DNA of 62,457 nucleotides, the filler included, from Kipferlia bialata (taxonomy: Eukaryota): the NCBI GenBank assembly GCA_003568945.1. It is 3 parts of 3 records of this genome, joined end to end, with 100 filler letters (N's around TTAATTAATTAA, not from the genome) between each part and the next. Parts side by side here need not be neighbours in the genome. Positions count along the whole stretch, not along the records: positions 29,801 to 59,461 come from BDIP01000132.1; positions 59,562 to 62,457 come from BDIP01000232.1; 1 more part is not named here. One strand, given 5' to 3'. The notes under the pieces are model-generated. The model searched no databases. It saw nothing but the letters and a program-made list of their open reading frames with translations, and was not told where the DNA came from. How positions within the stretch are numbered: the first letter of the stretch is position 1; each line of letters begins with the position of its first letter. Below are positions 46,743 through 60,808 of the stretch, piece by piece. Position numbers and translations under genes: made by a program.

Positions 46743-48145
46743 CCCCACCTGCTGCTGGTATGAGACATGCCCTGCTCAGCGCCTGGTCCCTAGCTATGCA
46801 CTCTCCCTGCCCTCCAGCCTCTCTCTCTCCCTCCCTACCAATCACACTGGACCCTGTATCCGAAGACAGAGAGGCCAGGTAGCGGAACACCCTGAGAGTA
46901 AAAGAGAGAGTGTTATAAGAGGGGCACAGCTAAACATACAGACACACACACATATATATACATATGCACACACCTATCCAGGCTAATGGGACAGAAGTCT
47001 CTGAAGGTGGAGCTCCCAATCTCCTCGATGGCCCTCCTGATACCAGTCATGACTGGACCTGAGGTCAGATACAGTGCATGTATTATTGTATTCCTATATA
47101 TACACGTACCCAAGTGGATGGGGTCCACACTCAGTGTGCACCAGGTGCGTGTCAGTCTTTCCTTGTGCACCACCCTATCAGTCCCCCTATCGGCATAGAC
47201 AGAGACAGAGGGCTGCCTCGTGTGCAGCCTGGACCTTACCCTAGACCCAGTCCCAGACTCACCCCTTCTCTGAGGGACTGACCGTTCTCTCTCTCTCTCT
47301 CCGTCCCTCGCCCTGAGCTGTGGAGAGAGACCCGGGGTGATGGTTCTGAAGTGGAGGGACGGAGATCCTGTGACAGAAGTAGAGGAACCCTCAGGGACAC
47401 CCTCTCTCTCTCTCTCCCTCTCAATACCCTGTAGACGCTGGGCCAACTCTCTGGCCAGCCGGGCGTCCCCTGCGTCTTCAGTCTCTGCCTCTCTCTCTCT
47501 CTCTTCACTGAGGAGAGGGGCTAGAGAGTCAGTTCCATTGAAGAAGGCGACGTCCGCCTCCTCTCCCCCTTCATCTCCCTCTGTCTCTGTGTCTGTGACA
47601 GTGGTGTGTCTGATGAGGGTGACCAGACCCATAAAGACAGCCTCCATACCTAGCGTTAGAAGTATCCACACACATGCACACACACATATATATAGATAGA
47701 GAGAGATGTATGTATAACGTACCCATTGAGGCATGGCACCGCAGAGTGCGCAGGGCGGCTGCATCCTCAGGCCCCCTTCTGTCGTGCACAAACAGAGAGG
47801 GCATGGGGAGGAGGAGGCGGGCCAGGGCTACATTGCGCACAACAGTGGGGACCTTGATGATTAGAAGAAGTACCTGAATAGAAAGAGAACATAGATACTG
47901 CCCACAATGCGATTATATGTATATTCCTCCATACCTCCTTCGGAGCATCGTCTGTCTTGATGGGGTTGGTACCCTCCATACACAGGGATACAGCTGCGGC
48001 CCTAAGGGCAAACACATCAGAGGAGGATATACCCTCAGCGGCTGTGAGGCTGTGTGTGTGGGAGGGGTTGTGTGTGCCGTGGGCCATACCAGCCAGTCTA
48101 AGGGAGTGGGCCACAGACAGGTTGCACTGGGAGCCTGGAATGAGG

Positions 48146-48185
<40 letters not shown>

Positions 48186-51100
48186 GTGTACCTAGCTTGT
48201 GGATGATAGATGAGACTATCCTGTCTAGCTCTTGATGCATCTGGGGGAGACGGGCCTGGAGATTAGGACAGGAGAGGACACGGTGAATTCAACAACTCCC
48301 ACTGATGAATAGCACAGACACGCGTATTATATAGTGTAATTGAAGAAAGTACCTGTGCAAAGCGTCTCTGGGCCTGCATCCAGTCTGGGACATCAGGACC
48401 AGAGGGGGTACTGGGGTAAGCATAACGTGTGGAACCATGCTACTCTTTACAGAGCCACAACACACACTTCATACTGTGAAAAGGTGATACCATACCTCTT
48501 TGAGCGCCTTGACCTCAATGCCTTGCCATCAGTGGCATCCGACTTGACAACCTAGGGGTCAGAGGGAGAGGAGCAAGCAATGAGGCAGTAGCTCACTAGA
48601 GGGGAGTCAGAGTGCGGCAATATAGAGACCCTGTCTCAACACAGTATGTGCATGCAAACATACATGTATATAGCCATAGTCCCTTACCTTGCACGTCTGT
48701 GCCATACCCTCCAGTCTGTGTAAATACATATACTATATCTAAATACATATACATATACACATATACCTTACACGTCTGGGCCATGCCCTCGAGTGTGAGT
48801 GACAGCCTGGTCAGGGTGATGGTGTAGATGGCAGGGCCAAACTCTAGGAGCATGGCTGTGAGGGTCTCACCAGACACAGAGGTCAGGAGGATGGAGGCGA
48901 GGCCTGGGGGTCAGGTATTAATACGAGTATAGGTAATTGGGAATATACTAAGTAGGTATGATATCTACCATATACAGTGGAGCAATTGAAGTGGGTGGGG
49001 TATCTAACTCACACAGTGCCGCACCTGATAGCAGGACTAGCTCTGCCCCTGGTGATGGAGGCAGTGCCCTTCCGACCGAGGTGGCAGGCCCACCAGTCAC
49101 AACTGGGTAGTACTCATGGTCCTCATCAAACAGGACCTTGAAGAAGAGCCTGAAGGGTTAGGGGGAAAGGCATATAGCTACTATGGGCATATACAAATAC
49201 ACACACACCTGAGCACATGTGCCTCATTAGGCACCCTAAAGGCAGTGTTGGTCCTCCCACTGCGCTGCCTGAAGAGATGCACACGCTCAGCCCACTGTGA
49301 TGTTAGGGAGAGAGAGAGGAGGGGGGGGGGAGAGAGAGAGAGAGAGAGACTGTACCTGCTGGGAGAGGTGTGGGCACAGACACATCATGCTGCGCCAGGC
49401 GTCTCTCCGCTGCCTCCTACTGGGTAGACCAGAGCAGAGGGTGAGGGCATAGGTTAGGACAGTCTCGGGGACATGGCCGCCTGGGGTGGGGGTGGGGGCT
49501 ATCATTCGAAGACACTATAACACAAGGATGTCAGTATACACCATCCATACCTGCTGGGGCTGAGAATGTGCTCCATGCCAGTGATCTACTGACACCTGTT
49601 GTGCATATGTTTCTGTCATAGTGGACACACAGGGCATCGACAAGTGAGGCACCCTCTAGGCCTAGGGTGAGGGTATATACACAAATAGTTATATATATAT
49701 ATATGTATATACATATATGTATTTGTTGATAACCATACCTGAGACATATGATGACAATGGGTACAGACAGCACCGCAAGTAGGCGAGTCTAGCGTAGTCA
49801 GCATCTCTGTCGAAGGTAAGACCCCGGATCTGAAGGGTGAGAGGGAGGAAGAGTGTCTAATTGGACTAATGAGAGTGTACCGTGAAGAGAGAAGATAGAG
49901 AACTGCGAAGTACCTTGGGGTCGGTGAACCCGAACCGCTCAATGCGGCTTCTGCACCCAGACAGACCGGTCAGCAGGAGACTGGGGTCAGTGTATATATA
50001 GATACAAGTCAGATACATCCATATACATATATATACAATAACCCGGTCCCCACCTGGCCCACACATCCAGTCTGGCGCCCCTCAACACGCACAGGGCATC
50101 CCTAGCCCCAAAGCATGCGATGCCTAGGGTGATACCGAACCGGAACACCCTCTCCATAGCCGAGTAGAGCTTGAGCTGCACAGACGTACGGGCCTCGATC
50201 TCAGCGTCCATAGCGGCATATACAGAGGCTGGGGTGGGTGGGTGTATATATATACACGTACCGTGTGTTGAATGGTATATCTATATATATCTATACCATA
50301 CCTATCAGCAAGAGGTGTCTCCCTCTAGTCCTCCTGTGGGGCCTGCTAGACCTGACTAGCTGACACAGTACAGCCACAACCTCATCAGGGGGGGTCAGGA
50401 AGGGACGCACAAAGCAGAGCTGGGGTGAGAGACATGTACAATGTAGTATCTATATACATCTATATATATATACGATATGACGTATGACTCTGACTACGAC
50501 TAGACGGATAATCACTATACGCTGAGTACCTGTGCTGCTAGTAGGTCAAACAGACTGAACAGACACCGGCCCGGCAGGACATGACCCACGGTCTCTGGCT
50601 CTCTGTCCTCCTCAGTCTGGTGCTTCATAACCCTCTCTCTCTCTCTGTCCTTCGACTGCACCATCTGGGTGCTGATCACACGCTGGAAATCAGACTAAGA
50701 GTATAGGCATTCACATAGTTATGATACATTGATCACACATTGGCGAAGGGACCAACAAGCACATATCTCGCCATTCCTCATGTATCAAAGTGTATATGTT
50801 TATAGTATTTGTATGGGTGACTAGTCTGTCATACCTGCACTGCGTCGATGAGTCCCTCCTCCCCTACCAGTGGTACAACTAGGACAGGGAAGGCAAATGA
50901 GAGCTCGGCCAGGGCAGATACATAGAGGGTCAGGATCTCGTGCACTGTCCCTGACTGTGAGACTACAGGTAACTAAGAGATACAGGTGACATATACAATA
51001 TATATATATATATATACTATACTCTACCTGTTGTGTCTACGGCCTCTGCCCTCTGGCCTGTGCCCCTGTGGAACACAAGCACAGCGGCCAGGGCCTTCTC

Positions 51101-52077
51101 AACAACAGCGATCAGAGCACGGGCTATGGCAACGATGCCGGAGGGGGTCTCTGGGGGTTAAAGAGGTATACTAGATATATGGTACATGGTAATGACAGCA
51201 CATACCTGTCCGCAAGAGGAGGTCCGAGTACTCAGCGCAGGGATCCGACCCGAAGTCATCCTCCAGGACTATACCATCAGCACTATCCTCCCCACAGGAG
51301 CTGTCTTCCTCTCCCCCCTCCCTGTCACGCACTGAGTAGAGAGAGTTGTTGACAAGAGTGACACGAGAGAGGAAGTCCCCGTCTCTCTCCCTCTCTCTCT
51401 CCTGGTCTGGTGTCTCTGTATCATTGGGCCACTCTCTCTCTGCCAGTCTGTCCACATACCCTATCAGAGTACGTCCCCCGTTGTCGCCAGAGCATGCCTC
51501 CAGCATCAGCTGTCCCGTGTTGTGCACAGCCCTCTGCATACTGGCCATGCGACTCAGTGGCACATCGCGTAGAAGCATGAGTGCCTTCTGTGGAATACGC
51601 CCCTAATAGTCAGTATCACGTCCTCATTAGTAATTATTACGAATAATCACGTGAGTACCTCCACTATGCTGTGTAGGGCCCCAGCCCCCCTTGCCAGTGC
51701 CTGTGACAGTGACAAGGTGGTGACAAGCAGGGAGAGCTTGTCTCTATCGGGTATGCCGAGGTCTCTCTCTCTCTTTGAGACTGCACTGGACTCCTTGGAG
51801 CCCAGGAAAGACGAGGATAGAGATGGGGAGGTGGGGGGTAGACGAGCCCCAGAGGTGGGCTTTGGCTTGGCAGGGTAGCTACGTGCATGGGGGACGTTGC
51901 CTACACAGAAGGCTAGGTACTGGGACAGGGCCCGGTGGAGACCTGGGGTGAGGGAGAGGATATGGTTTGGTCATCAACAGGTATAGAATCGATTTCTTAG
52001 TACATGGACGTCCTCCTTAAAAAGTATTAGTAGTAGTCCCACACCACTCTGCGTACCTGTCCGTGCCATCTGTTCCA

Positions 52078-52114
<37 letters not shown>

Positions 52115-52203
52115 CATACATATATATAAATACATATTAATATACCTGTGCGTGCCATCTGTTCCACAGCGGAGGGGGACTGGGTGAACCTGCCTAGACA
52201 TCA

Positions 52204-52247
<44 letters not shown>

Positions 52248-53671
52248 GGAGAAGAGAGTATCATCTGACGACTCCTTAGTCCCACCTAGCACTCTGATAC
52301 CAGGCTCGTAGAGAGCCATTGCAAATGGTGATATGGCGTGGGCTCTGTCGTCTCTGTCTCTGTCTCTGTCTCTGTCTGTGGGAGAGGCAGCCCCACTAGG
52401 GAGGCGAGTGACAGCCACACTCACTGACACAGACACAGAGCTAGAGAGAGAACCCATGAAGCGAGGGCCGACACTGGTTCTGAACACCTGAGGTCAGTAA
52501 AGGGTGGACAAGGAGACTCAAGGGTACGCATGTACACAGATGTACTGTGCTCTACAGAGTGTGGGAACCTCACCTTTCCCAAGAGAGTGGCCAGTGCATA
52601 GGGGAAGTCACTCCTAGCGAGCTCCGCCACCTCGATACCTAGAGGGTAAGAGGGAGTATACCAGACATTGAGTGGAGAGAAACACTATTCCACCCACCTG
52701 CTGCGGGCATCAGTGTCTGCAGAGCCTTGGAGCACGAAATGGCATCACGGACTCTCTCTCTCTCGACGAGATCAGCCCTCTCCACCAGCTCCCCCCTGTC
52801 TCTGCCCCTCTGTACATCTCCTAGCATCGAGAGCTCTATGATGCGCTTGGAGAGAGATGTGACAAGGCGAGCCTGTGGTAAGGGAGGCCGGAAGTCTGCA
52901 AACCGTCCACATACACTATATCTCTTCTATGTATACGATAATACCATTATCTGGTCACCTGGCTATTTGCCTCGTGCTCTCCCTCCCCCATACCCCCATC
53001 CAGTACACCTATCTCGGGTACACCGGAGTCCAGTCTCTTATGCCGTCTGACTCGTTAGGTATAGAACATATATATATATACTATACATATATAATAGTGA
53101 TTGTCAATACCTTGTTCCTGACACAGCGTCTGCCAGCCCCCCCAGGGCCTTGGTCAGTGAGTTGACGACAGAGAGTGCGTGGGAGGGGGATAGGGCCGAG
53201 GAGTAGAGAGAGGGCATGGTGGGGGTGTCAGGTGTCCTCAGTGCGGCCAGAGCCACCACATGGGGCATCATGTCAGTAGCATCTACACGATGCCTCTCTA
53301 GTGTCACCAGAGTGGCACTCTCAACCAGAGGTGTCTCTGACTCACAAGCCTCTCCATATACCACCAACTGCTGTCCCTCAGAGATGGCGCAGAATCCTTC
53401 CCGCACACTAACTGGCTGACTGGGTGGGCTCTCGGGGATCACACCTCCGCTCTCAACGACCTCAGTCTTCCCAGAACGCAGCCGCTCCTTCCGCTGACGA
53501 CGCCTCTCCCTGCGCAGACGGTGTCTCTCTCTGTCTCTCTCCTTCTTGGCTACTCTCTCCCTCTCGTGGATGAGTCTGAATAGGCCAGTTGCAGCTGATA
53601 TCACCAGGGACACTATCTGGTCTCCACCTGGGGGGACTGCGGTGGCTGAGAGCGCAGTCTCCTAGGGTGGG

Positions 53672-53702
<31 letters not shown>

Positions 53703-55701
53703 ATAATAGGTGACACAGTATCAGGTACCTCCAGCAGGCTCTGGCTCAGCACCGACATTCCCTCTAGACCTGCCTGGTACAGGGACTGAAGAGAGGAAGC
53801 AGTAGTCTCGGGGGTCGATTCACCTCCTGTAACCATTGCAACGGCCTGTGGTGAGAGAGAGAGAGTCCGTCTCGACACGTAACTCACATTGCCAGCATTA
53901 TAGAATCACCACAGTGGCATATAGACACAACGCGTAGTCTGTGTACCTGGTGGAGTGCGTGGCAGAGGGTGGAGTCTGTACGCAGCAGACACTGCAGAGA
54001 CAGGGCCACGCAGACAAGCAGGGGGAACGACACCTCTGAGGGACAGAGGCCTAGGGGGGTGCGTCTGAGAGTGAACTGGACGGGTAGGGCCCGGTGACCC
54101 TGGCCATGCCTCTTGGACCCATTGGAGACTGTCTCTCTCTCCCCCCCTGCCTCGGGTCCATTACTGCAGCACATGCAGTTGAGTACGACGGATATAGCAG
54201 TGAGGGGGGCTGAGGGGCGCAATCTGGTGGGGAAGGGGAGGGGGAGCGGCAGACAGAGGTCACTTCCAGTGGCCTCTATGGGTGTTGGAGAGACAGCACC
54301 CCTCTGGTGGGTGGCAGGGTCTAGCCTCACTAACACACGCTCCAGTGCCTCCAGAAGCTTCAGTCTAGCAGCACCGAAGGTATCAGCCACGTATGGCTCA
54401 TTGACTAGCACATACGCCTCCTCCCTCGTGGCAGAAGGGGAGAGACACATGCTAGACAGGGGAGGGGAGACCAGAGAGCCTCTCATTCCCCTCACGTCTG
54501 ATACACTCTGAGAGTACATAGAGGGGTCAGGGGAGAGAGTGGAGAGGGAGAGAGAGAAGTCCCAGGGGGCGTCTCCGCCAGTAGGTCTCTTTGTCACTAG
54601 GTACTCCCTGCCCTGGGTACGGGCCACACCAGCAAGGGCATCCAAAACCAGGCACACTAGTCTGGAGTCAGACCGATACTCAGCAGAATATAGGACGATA
54701 AGAAGAGGGTATATTAGCTATAGGTGCTCAATTAGTGTATACCTGATGGGCAGCGTGGGCAGTGCAGTTGCAATGGCAGACAGAAGACACGAGGGATCGA
54801 AGGTACCCTCGCTTGCAGCAAAGGGTGGGAACAGAAGATCAATGGCCCCTAAAGCAGTGCCACCTTAGGGGTCAGAACAGTGTTATATGAGATATATAAC
54901 TCAAAATAGAAACATGCAGTTAACTACATACGTAGTATATGGCATTCACTCACTGTAACTGAATACACATTATCATACATATTCCTGTATACCTGCCGAG
55001 TGCCCCCACTGTGCCGTTGTGAGTATCCAGCACACCACCTCCAGTGCAGCGGTACAGAGGGGGGTGCATGGGGTGGAGACACTAGGGGGGGCCTGGATAC
55101 AGGAGGACAGGATGGATACTAGGGTCTCTCTCTCAGAGGCACGGTCTGTGACACCCTCTCCCCCTAGAGAGGTCTCTGACCCAGAGAAGTGGCTGACAAC
55201 GAGGGAGGCGTGGCCTAGAATTAGTCAATGAGCAAGGGATGAGGGATATGGGAGAGAGACCATCTGAAGAATATACTACACATATAAGTCACCTGTGATA
55301 ACCAGAGAGTGCAGCACTGTGACCAGATGCACAGTGTGTGTGTCCTCTCCCTCTCCCTCTCCCTCTGCATCTTCTCGATCTGATGCACTTATAGTCTCAG
55401 AGAGCACCCTAGACACTGCATCAAACAGACACACAGGGGGCATTGAGTCAGCACCAGGCACAAGGAGGTCTCCTGGGTGTTAACACAACCCCACAGTACT
55501 CACAATAACATATATACCCATGTCTACTGGATAGTGATCATTAGACTAGTCAATATAGTCACCATACCTGCTGTCTCTGGTGCTGGTGGGGAGAGCAGCA
55601 CTAGGAGGGATGAGAAGGGGAGGGACACGGACAGGGGACACTGGGCCAGTAGAAGACATAGGAGATGGGGGGTGTCTGAGCCCAGACTGATGCCTGAAGG
55701 T

Positions 55702-55752
<51 letters not shown>

Positions 55753-56590
55753 CCCATCATCAGGAGTGCGTGAGATACAGGTTTGGGGTACCTAATGACT
55801 GACGCACTGTGGTGTGTAGACGGGTGGCCACATCTGGAGTCCAGAGGGAGGAGTACTGGGGTGAGAGGACATAGAGGGACAAGGATGACTGAGAGCAGTA
55901 CCCATAAGAGCACTTCGTCCATTAGAGCAAGATGTACAAATGTATGTGCACCAGTTGATGTAAGTATGTGCATGTACCTCTGTGGCCAGCTGAATGAACC
56001 TGTTCATGTCAAACTCTCTCTCTCTCTCTTCCCCACGCTCTGCATCCTCTCCTCCAGGCCCCTCTGGAGTGTCTGAGACATGGGGTGAGGGACCAGCAGA
56101 TGTCAGGAGCCGGGACACCTTGGGTTGGGGAAGGTGAGATAGATCGGTATCAGGAAATGATTCGGTCAAGATAGGGTGGAGAGTGAGAGGGGTATGGGTA
56201 GAAGTGACTATACCCTACCTGAATACCCAGTTCAAACAGTACATCATCTGAGACGCGTGATACAGTCTCTGTAGTGGATGAGGGGAGAGAGAGGGTGTCC
56301 TCAAGTGCAGCCTCTGCCGCAACTGGGGCCTCTTGTCTCTCTCTCCCAGCAGAGGACACCTCACCCACAGGCTGATCACAGCTGGTACAGCCAGAAGCAG
56401 GAATCCCTTCCAGGTCAATGAGAGAGGGCACCAGGACAGTGGGGGCGACAGTGAGAGGCTGATTGACCTCTGATACAGTCTGTGCTCCTACCGCTGGGAA
56501 GCTCCCCAATGTAACCTCAGCAGCTGTGGGAGAGCTCTCGACACCTGTAGGGTATGGTGGAGTGGGTGAACCATCTGGGGGCTCACTCAT
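44231..56590 (-). CDS. Very large multi-exon hypothetical protein (predicted alpha-helical/ARM-like segments with disordered linkers)
   Basis: Starts MSEPPDGSPTPPYPTG at 56590. A continuous series of GT-AG-bounded exons follows (in ORFs 53884-54657, 53104-53613, 51171-51578, 47767-48240, 46913-47791 and 44231-45628), ending QTKRSCTFEYVI*. Could be more than one gene; no family recognised. Confidence 0.55.
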
Positions 56591-56864
56591 GGCCTCCTAT
56601 ACCACTACAAAGACAGATGGGGACCGTACACTGAACCTGACCATCATTTTTGCTTTCGATTATTGATAAACCCCTTCACATTAAAACCTGCCCTCCGTTT
56701 TCATTAGCAGCTCCCGCTGAATTGGCTGTTGTGTCATCTTACGAAGCACGATACACCTCAGGAGATACTAGTTAGGATTTCAGAGAGAGTTTGGTTTCTT
56801 TTCAGTGCGTTTAGAGCTGTTTGAGAGCCGCTTGGTCTGAAGATTAGAGCGCTGGAGCCACAGG

Positions 56865-59392
56865 ATGGCTCATCAAGCGCCCCCTTCGCCCACGACGGCA
56901 GCTGTGGACAATGCTGTGATGTGGTTCTCGGCCACTCACACTCCCCCATCCCATGGGAGTAATGGCGACTCCAAGTCGAGTGCCATATTCAGGGTCATGG
57001 ATGTTGCCATGGATGCCACTGTGTCCACACTGCTGATGCCATATTTCAGCAGTGAGCCATTGCCACAGGAGGGTGGCGATGAATCCCCCAGGTCCCGTGC
57101 CCCTAGTGCTCTGTCTGACGCTCTTGAGGCCATATGCCCCAGACCCCAGCCAGACGACACCCCCGTACCCTCCCCCAGGGCCTCCAAGGCAGTCGCATCC
57201 CACCAGCAGATGCGGGATATGAGGCGCATCATGAACACTATCGATGCAGCCCGGAAGGTGGGTACACTCTGATGGTCGGGTATTCTATGGGGACCGCTAT
57301 AATTGTTCATTCCTGTGTGTTCATGTATTGGTGTTCGTTGGAGTGGCTGAGTGTTTTTGTTCTGACTTATTCTTATAACGCACTCTATGCTGACCCCCAG
57401 GTTGTTGAGGCGCACCCAGTGTCAGTGGATCTGTCTGGGTTCCCCGCCCCTGGTGCTGCAGATGCCGCCGCTGTCTCTCCCACCCCATCCCCTAGGGGCT
57501 CACCCAGATCAGCTGCAGCCAGGGGTGTAGGGGAGGCCAGGACGCCAGTGCGGCCCAAGGACATGACCCTGACTGGTATGGAGGGCGAGACCAGTAGTGA
57601 TGCAGAGAGGGCGGTGACGGGTCTCTTCTCCCCTCCCTCCAAGGAGGTCGACAGTGCTAGGGAGAGCCCTGCTGTGCGGGAGGGGCGGCGACAGAAGGGG
57701 AAGCAGGGTGGGAAGCAGCGGGAGTTTGGGGAGGACACCGAGTACTACTTTCCCATGCGCACCCACTCGCACTACAAGGACTACGCAGGGCTGGGCCTGC
57801 CCGACATCGCACTCAGGTGTGAGTTCCCAGAGGCCCTTGAGGAGTTTCTGCAGGTGTGTGTGTGTATCTAGTATATATATGTATTTCCCTACCCGTACAC
57901 CTACCGAGTTTGCCTCACCCTCAGAAGTGCAACCTCCCGATAGGTGACTCCAAGTGGATACAGGACAATGTGAGGTGAGTGGTATCTGAGCTTAACTCCG
58001 TTAACGCCCCCCCCCCCCCCCCGACCGTGTTAGTGTGTCTTACTGTATCTACTATATCCTCTGTATATATATATTCTCTCTCACCCCAGGTACCACCCCT
58101 CCTGCGTCACCGTTGACTTTGAGCGGATACCCAGGCGCCACATGTTCAAGACGGCCCTGAAAGTACAGGTGGGTGTGGTGGTCTCTCTCTGTTATATATA
58201 TCTACAGAGTATATGTTCTGACCCCAGAACAGCATCCGCGAGTGGAGGCGGCGGGTGCAGGCCGAAACAGGCCACGCCCCATCCCGCTCTGACAGGCTCC
58301 TGGTCAGGAGCCAGATCCTGGCCTACCACCTCCTCAGGCTGACGGTGCGCACACACGCCGCTGTGCAGGTGGGTGTATTTAAGAGTATAATTGTATGTTC
58401 TAATATACATATACACACACATATATATAAATATTATTATTGTTTTTATTACTATTTGGTGTGTTAGGCTATGAATGGGACGGTTATTGAATAGCACAGT
58501 GTCTCTCATTCATGTATATATGCATTGGATCGACTCTGTTCTGACGGCAGATCCAGCGTTGGTGGCGGCGGCGGCTTCTGGTTGGGACTCTGACCAAGTA
58601 TGCGGCTGACCTGTACAAGACCCAGGAGGAGCTGGAGGCAGAGAGAGAGGCGGAGGAGAGGGCGAAGGAGGAGAGAGAGCTGGAGAAGGCCAGGGCCAAG
58701 AGCGGGGGTCTCATTGTGGTTGACTCCCCTTCCAGTGCTGTCAAGGACCTCTCCCTCAGCACCACCGCCCTGCCCCTGACTGTGTCCAGGCCTGTCACAC
58801 CCCACGAGCCCATCATGTCCAACCCCCCGGTGCCCATGTACTCCCTCATATCTAGGTGGGTGTCCTTGGGGTATATATATATATATATATTCATACTCAT
58901 ATCTTGGTGGGTGTCCTTGGCTGTGTGTGTGTGTGTGTTCGAGGTTCTCCGCTCCTTGCACTACTATATATATATACATGACTCCAACCCCAGGAAGTGC
59001 CGGTATGAGGAGGAGGTCGGACAGGAGGAGATTGAGCTGATCATCAGGGGTATGTGTGTGTGTACTGTGTGTTAGCTGTATATGCCCACTGTTACTGTCC
59101 ACGTTTACCCTTACCCTGCAGCCGTGGCCGATATGAGTGTCTGGCGCAAGAGGAATGGGGAGCTAGCACACTGCCCAGACACAGCATCTGCCATAGAGAT
59201 TGAGAGAGCAGACCTCAAGGTTCGGAGTATCATATCGGTCTGCATGTCATTGTCTCCCCCCCCCCCCCTCCAGCCTACCCTGTCCACTCACCCTTAGTCT
59301 GTTCTGCGTAAGTTTGACATTGACTTTGCGTCTTGCTTTGGCAGGGCACCCAACAGAGACGACAAGGGCATCCTCAAGCCTCTGTACTCCAG
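56865..59392 (+). CDS. Multi-exon IQ-motif protein, 3'-truncated by the gap
   Basis: MAHQAPPSPTTAAVDNAV..AARK|VVEAHPV..EEFLQ|KCNLPIGDSKWIQDNV|RYHPSC..KTALKVQ|NSIREWRRRVQAETGHAPSRSDR..HAAVQ|IQRWWRRRLL (IQ motif across an intron), followed by an E/R coiled coil. Confidence 0.65.
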
Positions 59393-59415
59393 GTGGGCAC
59401 CCTAAGTCCCCTCTC

Positions 59416-59461
<46 letters not shown>

Positions 59462-59561
59462 NNNNNNNNNNNNNNNNNNNNNNNNNNNNNNNNNNNNNNN
59501 NNNNNTTAATTAATTAANNNNNNNNNNNNNNNNNNNNNNNNNNNNNNNNNNNNNNNNNNNN
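59462..59561. other. Assembly gap with artificial TTAATTAATTAA linker (contig join)
   Basis: 44 N + ttaattaattaa + 44 N. Confidence 0.95.
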
Positions 59562-59803
59562 TATATGTTTTTTTTTTTTGGGGGGGGGGGGGGGGGATGG
59601 ATGAATGTATATGTATATAGATATTAGTATATATATGTATTGGCTGGGCCATCCTGGCAGTGTGCACATTCGGCATCGGGTGAGTGTAGTGGTATACATA
59701 TAGATGTTGACACACTGTCTCTATTGGTGTCTATTTGGGTGTGACCGAACCCCTCCTTCAGTGTCTCTCTCTCTCCCTCCCTCAATGCCTTCCTCACCCC
59801 CAG

Positions 59804-60059
59804 CTACATGTGGCTCATGCCCTACATCATCATGGCTATGTACCAGGTATGATATCTATGTGTGTATGTATATTTATATATGTATGTGTATAATACAGTC
59901 AATGTATACAGACTGTAATATATGTATTCACCCTACATCATCAGGTATGGTAGTACTCTATCTGGTACATATGATATGGACCACAAACCACCATCTTCCA
60001 TCTCCCACTTCTCTTCAGTACCTGGGTACACATACATCCCCCCTCTCTCCGGAGAGTAC

Positions 60060-60108
<49 letters not shown>

Positions 60109-60110
60109 TG

Positions 60111-60156
<46 letters not shown>

Positions 60157-60238
60157 TGACCCCTAGTTCTACTGCGAGGTCACTGTCTCCACCTCTGCCC
60201 AGCTGGTGTACAACACCCCCGTGACAGGCATGGCCTAA
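59804..60238 (+). CDS. 3' end of a membrane protein, DUF975-like
   Basis: Exons 59804-59846 and 60167-60238 give YMWLMPYIIMAMYQ|FYCEVTVSTSAQLVYNTPVTGMA*, resembling the 'LWLxPY......FY' C-terminus of DUF975 proteins. It lies after an artificial linker, so it is probably not part of the IQ gene. Confidence 0.4.
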
Positions 60239-60808
60239 GTGGGTTGAGGGAACACTCTGGATTGTGTGGGTTGGCCGTATTCTCTTATGCTTACACTCTG
60301 TCTACCCCTACCACTAGGGGTGATGTATGATACATCCTGTATCGGTGCTTGCTTACAAGACCGTTCAATGTCAATAGATCATCGTGTCCAGCTTCACATT
60401 AGTGTATTCTTATCTATATATACTTACTGTATGATGCATCCTTTTCTATATATACTTACAGCATGATACATCCTGTATTGTTCAATGTCAATAGATCATC
60501 GTGTCCAGCTTCACTCAGCATACATATACTTAGTTTATCCTTTTCAATATATATACTGTGTATACGTATTCTTGGTTGAGAATAGATGGGTTAATAGATG
60601 GGTTAGAGTGCTGCTCACAATACACCATCATGTGACATGAGAAAGGGTTCTTGTAAAGTGTTTGTTCTGAGTCTATTCTGTGTGACCCTATATTGAAATA
60701 GTCTACAGATACTCTTCCAGCACCCCCCTGCCCCAACCCCTCTTTGACTTTAGGTCCAACTCTACAAATATATGTATATATCTACATATTCCTCCTCCCC
60801 CCTCACGC

